A stretch of 32,000 nt of DNA, taken from Nitrosospira multiformis ATCC 25196. GTDB taxonomy: Bacteria; Pseudomonadota; Gammaproteobacteria; Burkholderiales; Nitrosomonadaceae. The stretch lies in contig NC_007614.1 in the NCBI RefSeq assembly GCF_000196355.1, forward strand, positions 720,001-752,000. The letters run 5' to 3'. The notes beneath the pieces are model-generated. The model saw only the letters and a program-made list of their open reading frames with translations. It did no database searches and was not told the DNA's origin. The position numbers and the translations under genes are program-made. How positions within the stretch are numbered: position 1 is the stretch's first letter; the number at the start of each line of letters is the position of its first letter. Of this stretch, positions 1 to 8,536 are shown piece after piece.

Positions 1-481
1 CGTAGCAACTGAAACCGATCAGTGTCATGCCGCCTGCCAGTCCATCCGAACCGTCCATGAAATTATAGAGGTTGAGCATCCAGGTAATGCAGAGTGCGGC
101 TGCTACGGCGACAAGCCAGCCGTAGGTGGCAGCAAGGGTTACGGCAGAAAACCAGATTCCAAGTCCTGTGTAAATGACGAGCCTTGGCCATACCGGCAGG
201 CTGCGTACATCATCGGCGAAAGATATCGTTACCAGCAGCACAATCGCAACCCATATCGACACCGGCGGTTTTACCGGCAGAAACGTCCATGAGACGAAAA
301 TCCCCGACATCAGCCCCAGGCCTCCCGTGCGGGGAACGGGACGAGTATGCAGCGATCGGGAATTCGGCTGGTCCAGGATTTTGAGAATATTCCCTTTGAT
401 CAGACACGAAATCGTTCCTAGCGACACGGCAAACGCTATGAATGGCGGGATCAGATATAAAATCGGGGAGCCGGAATTCAT
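1..481 (-). CDS. Glycosyltransferase family 4 / polyprenyl-phosphate HexNAc-1-phosphate transferase (WecA/WbpL/MraY-like). Only the N-terminal ~160 codons are present; the 3' end runs off the window.
   Basis: Absent from the ORF track because it is open at the window edge. Manual minus-strand translation from the ATG at 481-479 gives MNSGSPILYLIPPFIAFAVSLGTISCLIKGNILKILDQPNSRSLHTRPVPRTGGLGLMSG...ITWMLNLYNFMDGSDGLAGGMTLIGFSCY. It has several hydrophobic helices. The LHxxPxPRxGG and NxxNFMDGxDGLAGG motifs are typical of the MraY/WecA superfamily. Confidence 0.75.
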   Translation of the reverse strand, partial: MNSGSPILYLIPPFIAFAVSLGTISCLIKGNILKILDQPNSRSLHTRPVPRTGGLGLMSGIFVSWTFLPVKPPVSIWVAIVLLVTISFADDVRSLPVWPRLVIYTGLGIWFSAVTLAATYGWLVAVAAALCITWMLNLYNFMDGSDGLAGGMTLIGFSCY

Positions 482-719
482 GATCGGATTATAGCCTTGA
501 TGACTTATGAGGCGCATGCATGCATACTTCAGCCCATGCCAGTCCATTGCGCGGGAGAATGAGGTAAATAATACCGATTTTCGATCTCCCCCCGCCAGCA
601 CCTTATCTGCCCTGCACAGCCCGCTTCCAGTCCCAGATCAGGTTCGACATTGTCGGGAGAAGATTCTGAGAATGTCTGTACGAGTTCGCACATATCAGCG
701 CAAATCGTAAAAAACATTA

Positions 720-1988
720 ATGAAAAAAATCTCGCTCAATACGCAAATATTATGGGGTGTATTCGCCGGCCTCTTCCTGGGCCTGGGTTTATCCCTGCTC
801 GATGAAGAATCGGTGATTTTCCGAGCCGGATTATATGGCGCCGAGCTGCTTGGCACGCTGTTTATCGACCTGTTGAAAATGGTGCTCATTCCGCTCGTGT
901 TCACATCGATCGCAGTAGGCGTGGCCAACTTGCGGGCGCACCAGCAGATGCATAAGGTATGGAAAGCAACGCTTGGTTTCTTCCTGTTTTCGATGGCGCT
1001 GGCTATTCTGCTGGGTTTGACCGCAGCCAACATTGTCCGTCCCGGAGAAGGGCTGCAGCTCGCCATGTTCCAGGATGACATGCAGAACTTCCAGGCCGGG
1101 CAGATGCCTTTAACGGAGTTTGTTGCGCAACTGCTTCATTCGCTGTTTCAGAACCCCATGACCGCCCTGGCTCAGGGGAATGTGCTCGCAGTGGTCGTTT
1201 TCGCGCTCCTGCTGGGCATTGCAATGGTGGTGGGCGGGGAGCGCTACGCCAACATCCTCATACTGCTGCAGGAGCTGCTGGAGCTGATGCTGATGCTGGT
1301 TGGCTGGATCATGCGCCTTGCTCCGCTCGGCATCATGGGACTGCTGGTAAAACTCGCTGCCACACAGGACGTGACTTTGCTTGCCACATTGGTCGAGTTC
1401 ATCGCGGTGGTGATTGGAGCCACTCTGCTGCACGGGATGGTAGTGCTCCCGCTGATTCTTTATTTGGTCACGGGAATGACGCCGTTCAAATTCTGGCGCG
1501 GCGCCCGCGAAGCACTGCTAACAGCTTTTGCGACCAGCTCCAGCTCAGCCACCTTACCCGTCACTTTACGCTGCGTGGAACAGCACCTGCACGTCAAACG
1601 CGACATTGCCGGATTTGTCATCCCGTTGGGTGCAACACTGAACATGGATGGCACTGCTTTGTACGAAGCCGTGGCAGCATTGTTCGTGGCCAACCTCATC
1701 GGGATAGAACTTAATCTCGCACAGCAGATGATCGTGTTTTTGACTGCGATGCTGGCTGCCATGGGTGCTCCGGGCATACCCAGCGCGGGAATGGTCACCA
1801 TGGTAGTCGTGCTGCAATCGGTCGGCTTGCCGGCGGAGGCTATCGCCATTCTGCTGCCGGTCGACCGCTTACTGGATACATTCCGCACCGCTGTGAATGT
1901 CGAGGGGGACATGGTGGGCAGCCTCGTCGTGCAGAAATGGGTGAGGAAGGAGTCCATACGAGGTTCCAGAAGCGATTCCGAAGGGTAA
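720..1988 (+). CDS. Dicarboxylate/amino acid:cation symporter (DAACS / GltP-DctA-SstT family)
   Basis: 422-aa polytopic membrane protein. It carries the family hallmark motifs SSSATLP and NMDGTALYEAV and the reentrant-loop region GAPGIPSAG. The size is typical for the family. Confidence 0.9.
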   Translation: MKKISLNTQILWGVFAGLFLGLGLSLLDEESVIFRAGLYGAELLGTLFIDLLKMVLIPLVFTSIAVGVANLRAHQQMHKVWKATLGFFLFSMALAILLGLTAANIVRPGEGLQLAMFQDDMQNFQAGQMPLTEFVAQLLHSLFQNPMTALAQGNVLAVVVFALLLGIAMVVGGERYANILILLQELLELMLMLVGWIMRLAPLGIMGLLVKLAATQDVTLLATLVEFIAVVIGATLLHGMVVLPLILYLVTGMTPFKFWRGAREALLTAFATSSSSATLPVTLRCVEQHLHVKRDIAGFVIPLGATLNMDGTALYEAVAALFVANLIGIELNLAQQMIVFLTAMLAAMGAPGIPSAGMVTMVVVLQSVGLPAEAIAILLPVDRLLDTFRTAVNVEGDMVGSLVVQKWVRKESIRGSRSDSEG

Positions 1989-2191
1989 GAGGTATTAAGA
2001 GGTCCGAAGAGGGGGCTGGTTTCCCGGCTACTTCTCGGAGGACAGATTGGACTACGGTGACAGCCAGACGCGCCGATATCAGCTCAATATGGTTTTACCG
2101 ATCTTCCTCGCGACATTTTCCACCGATGTTCTTTACATAGGTGCGTGGATTACGCCCCTTCATAGCGTAACTCCGATCATTCCCGATTTTG

Positions 2192-2220
2192 CTTGCAACA
2201 CCTGTAGCGAAGGTTGCAAG
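2192..2220. promoter_or_regulatory. 8-bp perfect inverted repeat CTTGCAAC N13 GTTGCAAG upstream of the BNR-propeller gene (candidate operator)
   Basis: Arms at 2192-2199 and 2213-2220 are exact reverse complements, ~95 nt upstream of the ATG at 2315. A second small palindrome, GACAA-T-TTGTC, lies ~45 nt upstream of that ATG. Function is inferred only. Confidence 0.25.
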
Positions 2221-2314
2221 GCCTTCATTTCGAAAATGCCGGAAGCTCTTCAGGTGCGACAATTTGTCACATTCCCACCCTTTCCGAAATCGATTATTCT
2301 TGTGCGCTCATTCG

Positions 2315-3550
2315 ATGAGGAAGTCGATGTTTGCCCTCCCTGGTTTTGCCGGACTCTTTCTAGCGCTTGTTTCCGTAGCTGTCGTCGCAGCAGAACCGCA
2401 TTCGAGCGGTGAAACCCATCATCATCCGGCAATGCATTCCGCAAAATCCGTCAAGACTGCGCTGGCGGTGGGAGTGACGCTGGATCAGGATGGGCGATTA
2501 TGGCTGGCGAGAGTTGTCGACCAGCATTTGCTGGTTTCCTGGTCGGAAGATAGCGGAAGCAGTTTTTCCGAACCCGCGGTCGTAACACCTGAACCGGAAA
2601 ACATCTCCATCGATGGCGAGAATCGCCCCAAGATCGAGGTTGCGCGTGATGGCAGCGTACTTGTAACCTGGACGCAGGTTCTTCCGCAAAAATATTCCGG
2701 CAATGTGAGGTTTTCACGTTCAATCGACTCGGGCCGGACGTTTTCAAAACCCATTACCCTCAATGACGATGGCCGCGTTACCAGTCACCGCTTCGACTCT
2801 CTGGCAATCGACGGGGACGGGAGGGTGATAGTTGCTTGGCTGGACGCAAGGGATCGCGATGCAGCAAGGGAAAAAGGCGAAGAGTACCGGGGTGTATCGC
2901 TCTATACCACGCAATCATTCAACAATGGCGAGAGTTTTGGCCGGAATCGAAGAATCCAGGAGCACACGTGCGAATGCTGTCGGACGGCGCTTATCTGGAG
3001 CAGGGAGGGGCCAATCGTTTTACTGCGGAATATTTTTGGTGCCAATACCCGTGATTTTGCGCTGATCAATCTCGACAAGGGCGGCATAAGAAGGGTAAAC
3101 CGTGACGAATGGCAGGTCGATGCGTGTCCGCACAATGGAGGAAGCCTTGCAACGGACCGAAGGGGCCAGTTGCATCTCGTCTGGTTCACAAATGGCCCGG
3201 CAGATCAGGGATTATTCTATAAGCGGATCGATGGCAATTGGGAATCGAAACCCAAGCCGATAGGCAATGCGGACGCGCAGGCAAATCATGCTTCCGTGGT
3301 TGCCGATGGAGAAACCGTCATTCTTACCTGGCGTGAATTCGATGGAAATGCTTATTCCGCAAAGATGATGTACTCGAATGATAGTGGCGAATCTTGGAGT
3401 GAACCGATGCGCCTGATGGAATCCGATGGCGCGACAGACTACCCTATCCCGCTGATCGATAACAGGAAAGTTCTGATCGTCTGGAATACTGCAAAGGAAG
3501 GCCTGCGTATTTTACCGATCGAGCGGGTGACCGCCCGGTATTCCGGTTAG
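2315..3550 (+). CDS. Secreted BNR/Asp-box repeat beta-propeller protein (sialidase-like fold, function unknown)
   Basis: There are four Asp-box-like repeats: SEDSGSSFSEP, SIDSGRTFSKP, SFNNGESFG and SNDSGESWSEP. The start was moved from the track start 2189 to the ATG at 2315, giving MRKSMFALPGFAGLFLALVSVAVVAAEP, a clear signal peptide. The ATG at 2327, which has GAGGAAG just upstream, is an alternative start. Confidence 0.7.
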   Translation: MRKSMFALPGFAGLFLALVSVAVVAAEPHSSGETHHHPAMHSAKSVKTALAVGVTLDQDGRLWLARVVDQHLLVSWSEDSGSSFSEPAVVTPEPENISIDGENRPKIEVARDGSVLVTWTQVLPQKYSGNVRFSRSIDSGRTFSKPITLNDDGRVTSHRFDSLAIDGDGRVIVAWLDARDRDAAREKGEEYRGVSLYTTQSFNNGESFGRNRRIQEHTCECCRTALIWSREGPIVLLRNIFGANTRDFALINLDKGGIRRVNRDEWQVDACPHNGGSLATDRRGQLHLVWFTNGPADQGLFYKRIDGNWESKPKPIGNADAQANHASVVADGETVILTWREFDGNAYSAKMMYSNDSGESWSEPMRLMESDGATDYPIPLIDNRKVLIVWNTAKEGLRILPIERVTARYSG

Positions 3551-3667
3551 CCCAATTCCCTCTGGATAGACAACGGGTGGCGGAGGTGGGGCGCGGAAAA
3601 CGAGTGCAAGCATCCGCCATGGCTGTGCTTATCAATAATAAATAAATCGAGAAAGATAATTCAGGTC

Positions 3668-6292
3668 ATGAAACGGATTCCTTTTGCACTGGTCGGTTTG
3701 CTTTGCGTCCCGTCGGCGTGGGCGATGCAAGAGATAGAGCAGCCAAAACAGTTTTCCCAGAAAAGAATACCGGTTCGTCTACCGGCTACCAGTCTATCCA
3801 TGAACCCGGCGCAGTCAGATACCCCCGTTTCATCGATGGGAAGTGAGACGCGCTCGGGAATGCTGGTGGCGGAAGCGACAGCCGTAACGACATCCGGTCA
3901 ACCGCAGACCGGTGAAACTGGCACCGGCAAACCGGATAAGGATAGAGAGGATAAGGAGAACAAGGGCGGCAAGGAAAAGAAAGACGATATTCCGGCAGTT
4001 CAAAAGGAAACCGTCTTCAAGGAAATGGTGGTCACTGGAGAGACGGAGCGGGACACGCACTTTACTTCGCCCTCGACACGTGTGACGCGAGCTCAGATCG
4101 AGCGGCAGAATGCGCAGACCACGGAGGAAGTGCTCAAGTACATGCCCAGCCTGCAGATCCGCCAGCGCTACGTGGGCGATCCCAATGGTGTCCTGGGTAT
4201 CCGGGGTGCGGACATGTTCTCAACCGCGCGCAACATGGTTTATGCGGACGGCCTACCTTTGCACAACTTTCTGCAGGCAACCTTCAATGGTGCGCCGCGT
4301 TGGTCGCTGGTGGGTCCGAACGAGATCGATTCCGTCGATGTCGTGTATGGCCCCTTCTCGGCCGAATACAGCGGCAACTCGATTGGTGGCGTCGTCAACA
4401 TAAAAACTCGCATGCCGCACAAGCAGGAATTCTACGTCGAGAGCAGTCTTTTCATCCAGCCGTTCAAGATTTATGGACCGGACAAAGGAACGTTCATAGG
4501 TGACCGACAGTATGTTTCGTACGGTAATCGGATTCAGGATAAGTTTACGGTATTTCTTGCCTACAACCGGCTGGAAGCGCAGAGCCATCCCCAGTCTTAT
4601 TTCATCGACAATACAGGACTATTTGATGTGCCCGGGGGAACGCCGGTTAGCGGCGGCATTCGAACCCCGGATACGCGCGGAACGCCCAGCGTCATCTATG
4701 GCGATACCGGACCGGAAAAGGTGAATACCCACTTGTTCAAGGGTAAATTCGGGTATGACATAACTTCCAATCTTCAGGCGCTCTTTACAGTGGCGTATGA
4801 AGATCGTACCCGCCACCAGAATCGGCCACGCAATTACCTGCGCGATGGGAGCGGGAATCTGTTCTGGGGTGGCCCTGCTCCCACCTGCGCGCCCGGTGCT
4901 CCCTGTGCTAATCCTGAGAACGCCTTGGGCAATGCTTCCCTGGATGGGACCCGCTTCGATGTGATGCAGCGTGGTTTTGGCGGGAGTCAGGACAAGCGCG
5001 AGACGCTGAACCTGGGTTTATCGCTTCGCGGCGCCTTGACTCCTGACTGGAATATCGATACCACCATGAGCTATTTCGATGTCCTGAAGGATATTCGCGC
5101 TTCGGCCTTTTTCAATCAGGGTGATCCGGCTAATAGCGGGACTGGGCAGCTCCAGGATTTCCGGAGATTCAGCTGGTTGAATTACGATCTCAAGTTGAGC
5201 GCGCCCGTGCTGCTTGGCAATGACAAAGTATCGTTTCTGGCCGGATATCACTTCGATCAGTACAACCTGAGTTTCAGGCAATATTCCCTGACCGATTATT
5301 CGACCTTGACCCGCGGCGCATTGCAGGCCAATCGGAACAACGACGGGCAGACCTCGATGCATGCAATGTTTGCGCAATCCACATTCCGATTCCTGCCGCA
5401 ATGGGATGTTACCGCGGGAGTACGCCAGGAGTGGTGGGCGGCAACGAAAGGGGTCGTGGGTAACCTCGAAGTGCCGGATCGCTCCCTGGCGGCAACCTCG
5501 CCTAAAGTTTCAGTGGGATATGAGCCAGGACAGTGGAAATATCGCTATTCCTTCGGTCGAGCGCATCGTTTTCCGGTTATTGCGGAGCTTTATCAATCCT
5601 TGAGCACGCCCACGAGCATACTGACCGCGAATGCAATGCTCAAGCCCGAAAATGGGGTCCATCATAACTTCATGGTCGAGTATGGGCTGCCCAAGGGCTA
5701 TATCAGGGTAAATGCTTTTCGGGACGACATCAAGGATGCCATTCAGCAGGTAAATACTGTCTCGGGTGTAGTTATTACCAGTGGATTCCAGAATATCGGC
5801 CAAGTCAGTACGACTGGAGTGGAACTGATCTATGATCAAAGGCGGATTCTGGGTTCAAAACTCGATTTCATGTTCAACGGCACCTGGATGAATGCGAAAG
5901 TGGAAAAAGGACCGATCGTGGATTTTACTACATCTACCGGTGTACCCGCCGACTATAATCTAACCGGTAAGCAGATCATTCGCCTGCCGCACTGGCGAGC
6001 CAATTTTTTCGGCACTTATCATATGACCGAGGCTTGGGATATCTCCCTCTCAGGCCGATATACGAGCGACTCGTTCAACGATCCCGACAACGGGGATCAT
6101 GTAAACAACGTATTCGGCTCCCAGAGTGATTTCTTCTTCATGGATTTCAAGACCAGCTACCGCTACAAGTTCCAGAATGGTCTGAAAAGCCGGTTTTCAT
6201 TTGGCATCAGCAATCTCAACAACGATAAAGCCTGGGTGTTTCACCCCTATCCGCAACGCACCTACTTGGTTGAGGCGGCGTTCAGCTATTAG
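3668..6292 (+). CDS. TonB-dependent outer-membrane receptor
   Basis: Signal peptide MKRIPFALVGLLCVPSAWA. TonB-box/plug region (KEMVVTGE...TRVTRAQIERQNAQTTEEVLKYMPSLQI...GIRG). A long beta-barrel region with alternating pattern follows, ending in an aromatic residue (EAAFSY). A ~100-aa low-complexity Lys/Asp/Glu/Gly-rich stretch lies between the signal peptide and the TonB box. Confidence 0.9.
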   Translation: MKRIPFALVGLLCVPSAWAMQEIEQPKQFSQKRIPVRLPATSLSMNPAQSDTPVSSMGSETRSGMLVAEATAVTTSGQPQTGETGTGKPDKDREDKENKGGKEKKDDIPAVQKETVFKEMVVTGETERDTHFTSPSTRVTRAQIERQNAQTTEEVLKYMPSLQIRQRYVGDPNGVLGIRGADMFSTARNMVYADGLPLHNFLQATFNGAPRWSLVGPNEIDSVDVVYGPFSAEYSGNSIGGVVNIKTRMPHKQEFYVESSLFIQPFKIYGPDKGTFIGDRQYVSYGNRIQDKFTVFLAYNRLEAQSHPQSYFIDNTGLFDVPGGTPVSGGIRTPDTRGTPSVIYGDTGPEKVNTHLFKGKFGYDITSNLQALFTVAYEDRTRHQNRPRNYLRDGSGNLFWGGPAPTCAPGAPCANPENALGNASLDGTRFDVMQRGFGGSQDKRETLNLGLSLRGALTPDWNIDTTMSYFDVLKDIRASAFFNQGDPANSGTGQLQDFRRFSWLNYDLKLSAPVLLGNDKVSFLAGYHFDQYNLSFRQYSLTDYSTLTRGALQANRNNDGQTSMHAMFAQSTFRFLPQWDVTAGVRQEWWAATKGVVGNLEVPDRSLAATSPKVSVGYEPGQWKYRYSFGRAHRFPVIAELYQSLSTPTSILTANAMLKPENGVHHNFMVEYGLPKGYIRVNAFRDDIKDAIQQVNTVSGVVITSGFQNIGQVSTTGVELIYDQRRILGSKLDFMFNGTWMNAKVEKGPIVDFTTSTGVPADYNLTGKQIIRLPHWRANFFGTYHMTEAWDISLSGRYTSDSFNDPDNGDHVNNVFGSQSDFFFMDFKTSYRYKFQNGLKSRFSFGISNLNNDKAWVFHPYPQRTYLVEAAFSY

Positions 6293-6338
6293 GGAGGTCG
6301 GCTGGAAGTGGACCGGTTCCGGCTACTCCAGACATCAT

Positions 6339-7169
6339 TCACCGGAACAGGTTGACTACGCCATCGAGTCCGACATGGTTGAGTGCATAAGTAGCTTTCG
6401 CCTGTACCACCGGTTTTGCATGATAAGCAATGCTGACCCCTGCCTCTTCCATCATCTTGAGGTCATTGGCTCCATCGCCGATAGCAATGACCTGTTCCCG
6501 CTTCAGTCCCAGTTCTTCGCGCACTTTTTTCAGCACTTCCCCTTTTCCGGTCGCTCCGATGATATCTCCCAACACCTTCCCTGTCAGTTTGCCGTTTGAG
6601 ACTTCAAAGCGATTGGCGGCAGCATAATCGAGATCCAGTCTGGCTTTTACTCTGTCAGTAAAAAAAGTGAAGCCACCGGAAATGACCATGGTTTTGAGAC
6701 CGGCGGATTTCATGCGTTGCAGCATCTTTTCCGCTCCGGGACTCAACCGAACCCGTTCGTCATATACCCGCTGCAGGGCGTCTTCATCCAGTCCCTCCAG
6801 CAAGGCGGTTCGGAGCCGCAGGCTTTCTGCAAAGACGATTTCCCCACGCATGGCCCTCTGCGTGATTTCCGCCACCTGCGCCTTTACGCCCTGCATATCC
6901 GCGATCTCATCAATGGATTCGATCGCGAGGAGGGTCGAATCCATATCCATCGCAACCAGACCAAAATCTGATAGCCGCGCCGATGGGTCGACAAAAGCAA
7001 AATCAAGGTCCGCTTCAGCACAATATGCGGCCACCTCTTCCCGCCGGGCTGCATTTTCAAGCCGGAAGGCTTGCCCCGTGATACGTTCGATATGGTTTGC
7101 GTCGACCAGTTTCGCCAGTTCCCTTAAATCGCTGTTCTGGATTTCGAGTCCTTGTATGATGAGGTTCAT
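6339..7169 (-). CDS. serB: Phosphoserine phosphatase SerB (HAD superfamily)
   Basis: HAD motifs DMDSTL (DxDxT), ISGGF and GDGANDL are present, with an N-terminal ACT-like regulatory segment. The start was moved to the ATG at 7169 (MNLIIQGLEI...). The 99 codons upstream in the track ORF (to 7466) have no SerB-like sequence. Confidence 0.9.
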   Translation of the reverse strand: MNLIIQGLEIQNSDLRELAKLVDANHIERITGQAFRLENAARREEVAAYCAEADLDFAFVDPSARLSDFGLVAMDMDSTLLAIESIDEIADMQGVKAQVAEITQRAMRGEIVFAESLRLRTALLEGLDEDALQRVYDERVRLSPGAEKMLQRMKSAGLKTMVISGGFTFFTDRVKARLDLDYAAANRFEVSNGKLTGKVLGDIIGATGKGEVLKKVREELGLKREQVIAIGDGANDLKMMEEAGVSIAYHAKPVVQAKATYALNHVGLDGVVNLFR

Positions 7170-7714
7170 GTTTGTTGTTCCAATTATTGTCAAGAATGTG
7201 CGACAGCCGTGCAAGAAAAGCCGAAGGAACTCCGTTCGGCAGTAGCGTTTCCTGCGAATGGGCGTGGAGCAGTTAGAGCATTGCCCCGTATGCGGGTGGC
7301 GGCAATCAAGTCCAGGAGTTACCGCCTGTAATGTTGAAAGAAGCCCGTGTTTCCGTGTTTTTAGCGGAAGGGGATATTTTTCATAAACTTGGCATTTTGC
7401 CATCAATCTCCAATAACTTCCATATGCATTCTCTCTATCTTGATCTGCTCGCAATCTCTCGAACAATGAGGTGAACCCGGCCTGATTCTTGAAGAAGCCT
7501 GCTTTACACGGCTATATAATCCCAATTCTGATATCGGCTTCTTCCAGTTTCGCGCGCTCATTGGACATGTTAGCCGGGATCGCACAATCGGTTCTTTCAG
7601 ATGTGCGCCTGAGGTTGGGTAATAATAATCATCCAAAGTATTTCATATAAGAATCGGAGTTGAAAAATCGTGCAATTACTCAGACAGGTCCTCAGACTTT
7701 ACAGATATTTGAAA

Positions 7715-8533
7715 ATGTGGCCGGAGAAAATCTCCGCTCAAGTCGTAGTCGTGCTTATTGGTGTGAATATTGCCGCGTGCAGCCATATCCAGAAAGTGCA
7801 TTCACCCGCACCCGAGCCCGCAGGAAATTTTCCTCTCGCCCGTGAAGTGGCACAGTTTGAATTCGGCTGTAGCAATCTGCGCGCAGAAAGAGAGGCACAG
7901 CAGCAGGAAATTCAACGCTTGCAGAAGCTGTTGGCAGAGAAAGAGGCCTATATTCGCAGTCAGGAAGTGCGGCAGCAGGATCAGCAGAAGGCGTTGCAGG
8001 AAACCAGCAACCGCGCCGCGCATGCTCAAGTCAGACTCAGGCGGCTGGCCACCCGCCCTGCCGCCGCCTCTACCATTGCAGAGGTTGAAATGGTTATGGA
8101 AAACCTGAAATCTTCCCCCTTTACGGGTTCAGAACTGATTCTGCAGAACCAGGCTCAGCGGTTGCTGGACGCGGCGGTTTCCGCATACGAGGGGGACAAT
8201 TATGCCGCTGCAATGGATTATGCCTCCCAGGCGCGTGAATTCATCAACATGATGAAGAACAATCGTGCGCGCAAGGTTTCGGACGCGCATCAGGTCACTG
8301 TCCTGTTCCAGATGCCCATTCCACTGCGGGCGAGTGCCGACAGTAAGCTGCGTGAAAAGCCGGGTTTGAAGGCGCCGATTCTGGGAGTGCTGAAAAAAGA
8401 GTCGGCAATGACGGCAGAGGCCTATAGAGGGGAGTGGTTGCAAATTCTTACCGCAGATGGTCGCTCGGGATGGATATTCAGTACGCTGGTGGAGGCGCAG
8501 GTGGCCAAAGGAATCGATATGGGTGTCAAATAG
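7715..8533 (+). CDS. Lipoprotein with a coiled-coil region and a C-terminal bacterial SH3 (SH3b) domain
   Basis: From the ATG at 7715 the sequence is MWPEKISAQVVVVLIGVNIAAC, with lipobox I-A-A-C. A Gln/Glu/Arg-rich heptad-like segment follows (EREAQQQEIQRLQKLLAEKEAYIRSQEVRQQDQQKALQE). The C-terminus LREKPGLKAPILGVLKKESAMTAEAYRGEWLQILTADGRSGWIFSTLV fits the SH3b pattern. The track's GTG at 7670 is an alternative start. Confidence 0.65.
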   Translation: MWPEKISAQVVVVLIGVNIAACSHIQKVHSPAPEPAGNFPLAREVAQFEFGCSNLRAEREAQQQEIQRLQKLLAEKEAYIRSQEVRQQDQQKALQETSNRAAHAQVRLRRLATRPAAASTIAEVEMVMENLKSSPFTGSELILQNQAQRLLDAAVSAYEGDNYAAAMDYASQAREFINMMKNNRARKVSDAHQVTVLFQMPIPLRASADSKLREKPGLKAPILGVLKKESAMTAEAYRGEWLQILTADGRSGWIFSTLVEAQVAKGIDMGVK

Positions 8534-8536
8534 GAT

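Noticed and set aside
174-494. Plus-strand ORFs 174..494 and 184..384, and minus-strand ORF 210..407, from the track
   Set aside because: Their products have no recognisable features. The same DNA read in another minus-strand frame gives a continuous WecA/MraY-like protein with family motifs and a proper ATG at 481. The track ORFs are therefore shadow frames.
641-650. GGTTCGA T-loop-like string, plus a search for tRNA genes in the intergenic regions
   Set aside because: The flanking sequence cannot form a T-arm or acceptor stem. I found no cloverleaf-compatible segment in any gap.
3629-3667. AT-rich stretch (TTATCAATAATAAATAAATCGAGAAAGATAATTCAGG) before the TonB-receptor gene, considered as a Fur or Zur box
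   Set aside because: My best hand alignment to the 19-bp Fur consensus GATAATGATAATCATTATC gives only about 11/19 matches, and there is a single GATAAT hexamer. There is no Zur-like palindrome. This is not enough to call; it is probably just promoter AT-richness.
6309-6338. Imperfect hairpin (CTGGAAGTGG...CTACTCCAG with an inner CCGG-TT-CCGG) between the TonB-receptor and serB stops, considered as a bidirectional terminator
   Set aside because: The stem needs a bulge and a G-U pair, and there is no T-run on either strand. This is too weak to call a terminator.
7258-7386. 42-codon ORF with CPVC...C-x6-C, considered as a zinc-ribbon mini-protein
   Set aside because: It has no SD and the second Cys pair is not CxxC. 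The frame is equally open on the opposite strand, so chance is likely. It is mentioned only within the gap finding.
7170-7466. N-terminal 99 codons of track ORF 6339..7466
   Set aside because: SerB homology begins at MNLIIQG (the ATG at 7169). The upstream part (MFERLRADQDRENAYGSY...CRHPHTGQCSNCS) is not SerB-like and is most likely a read-through of non-coding DNA.
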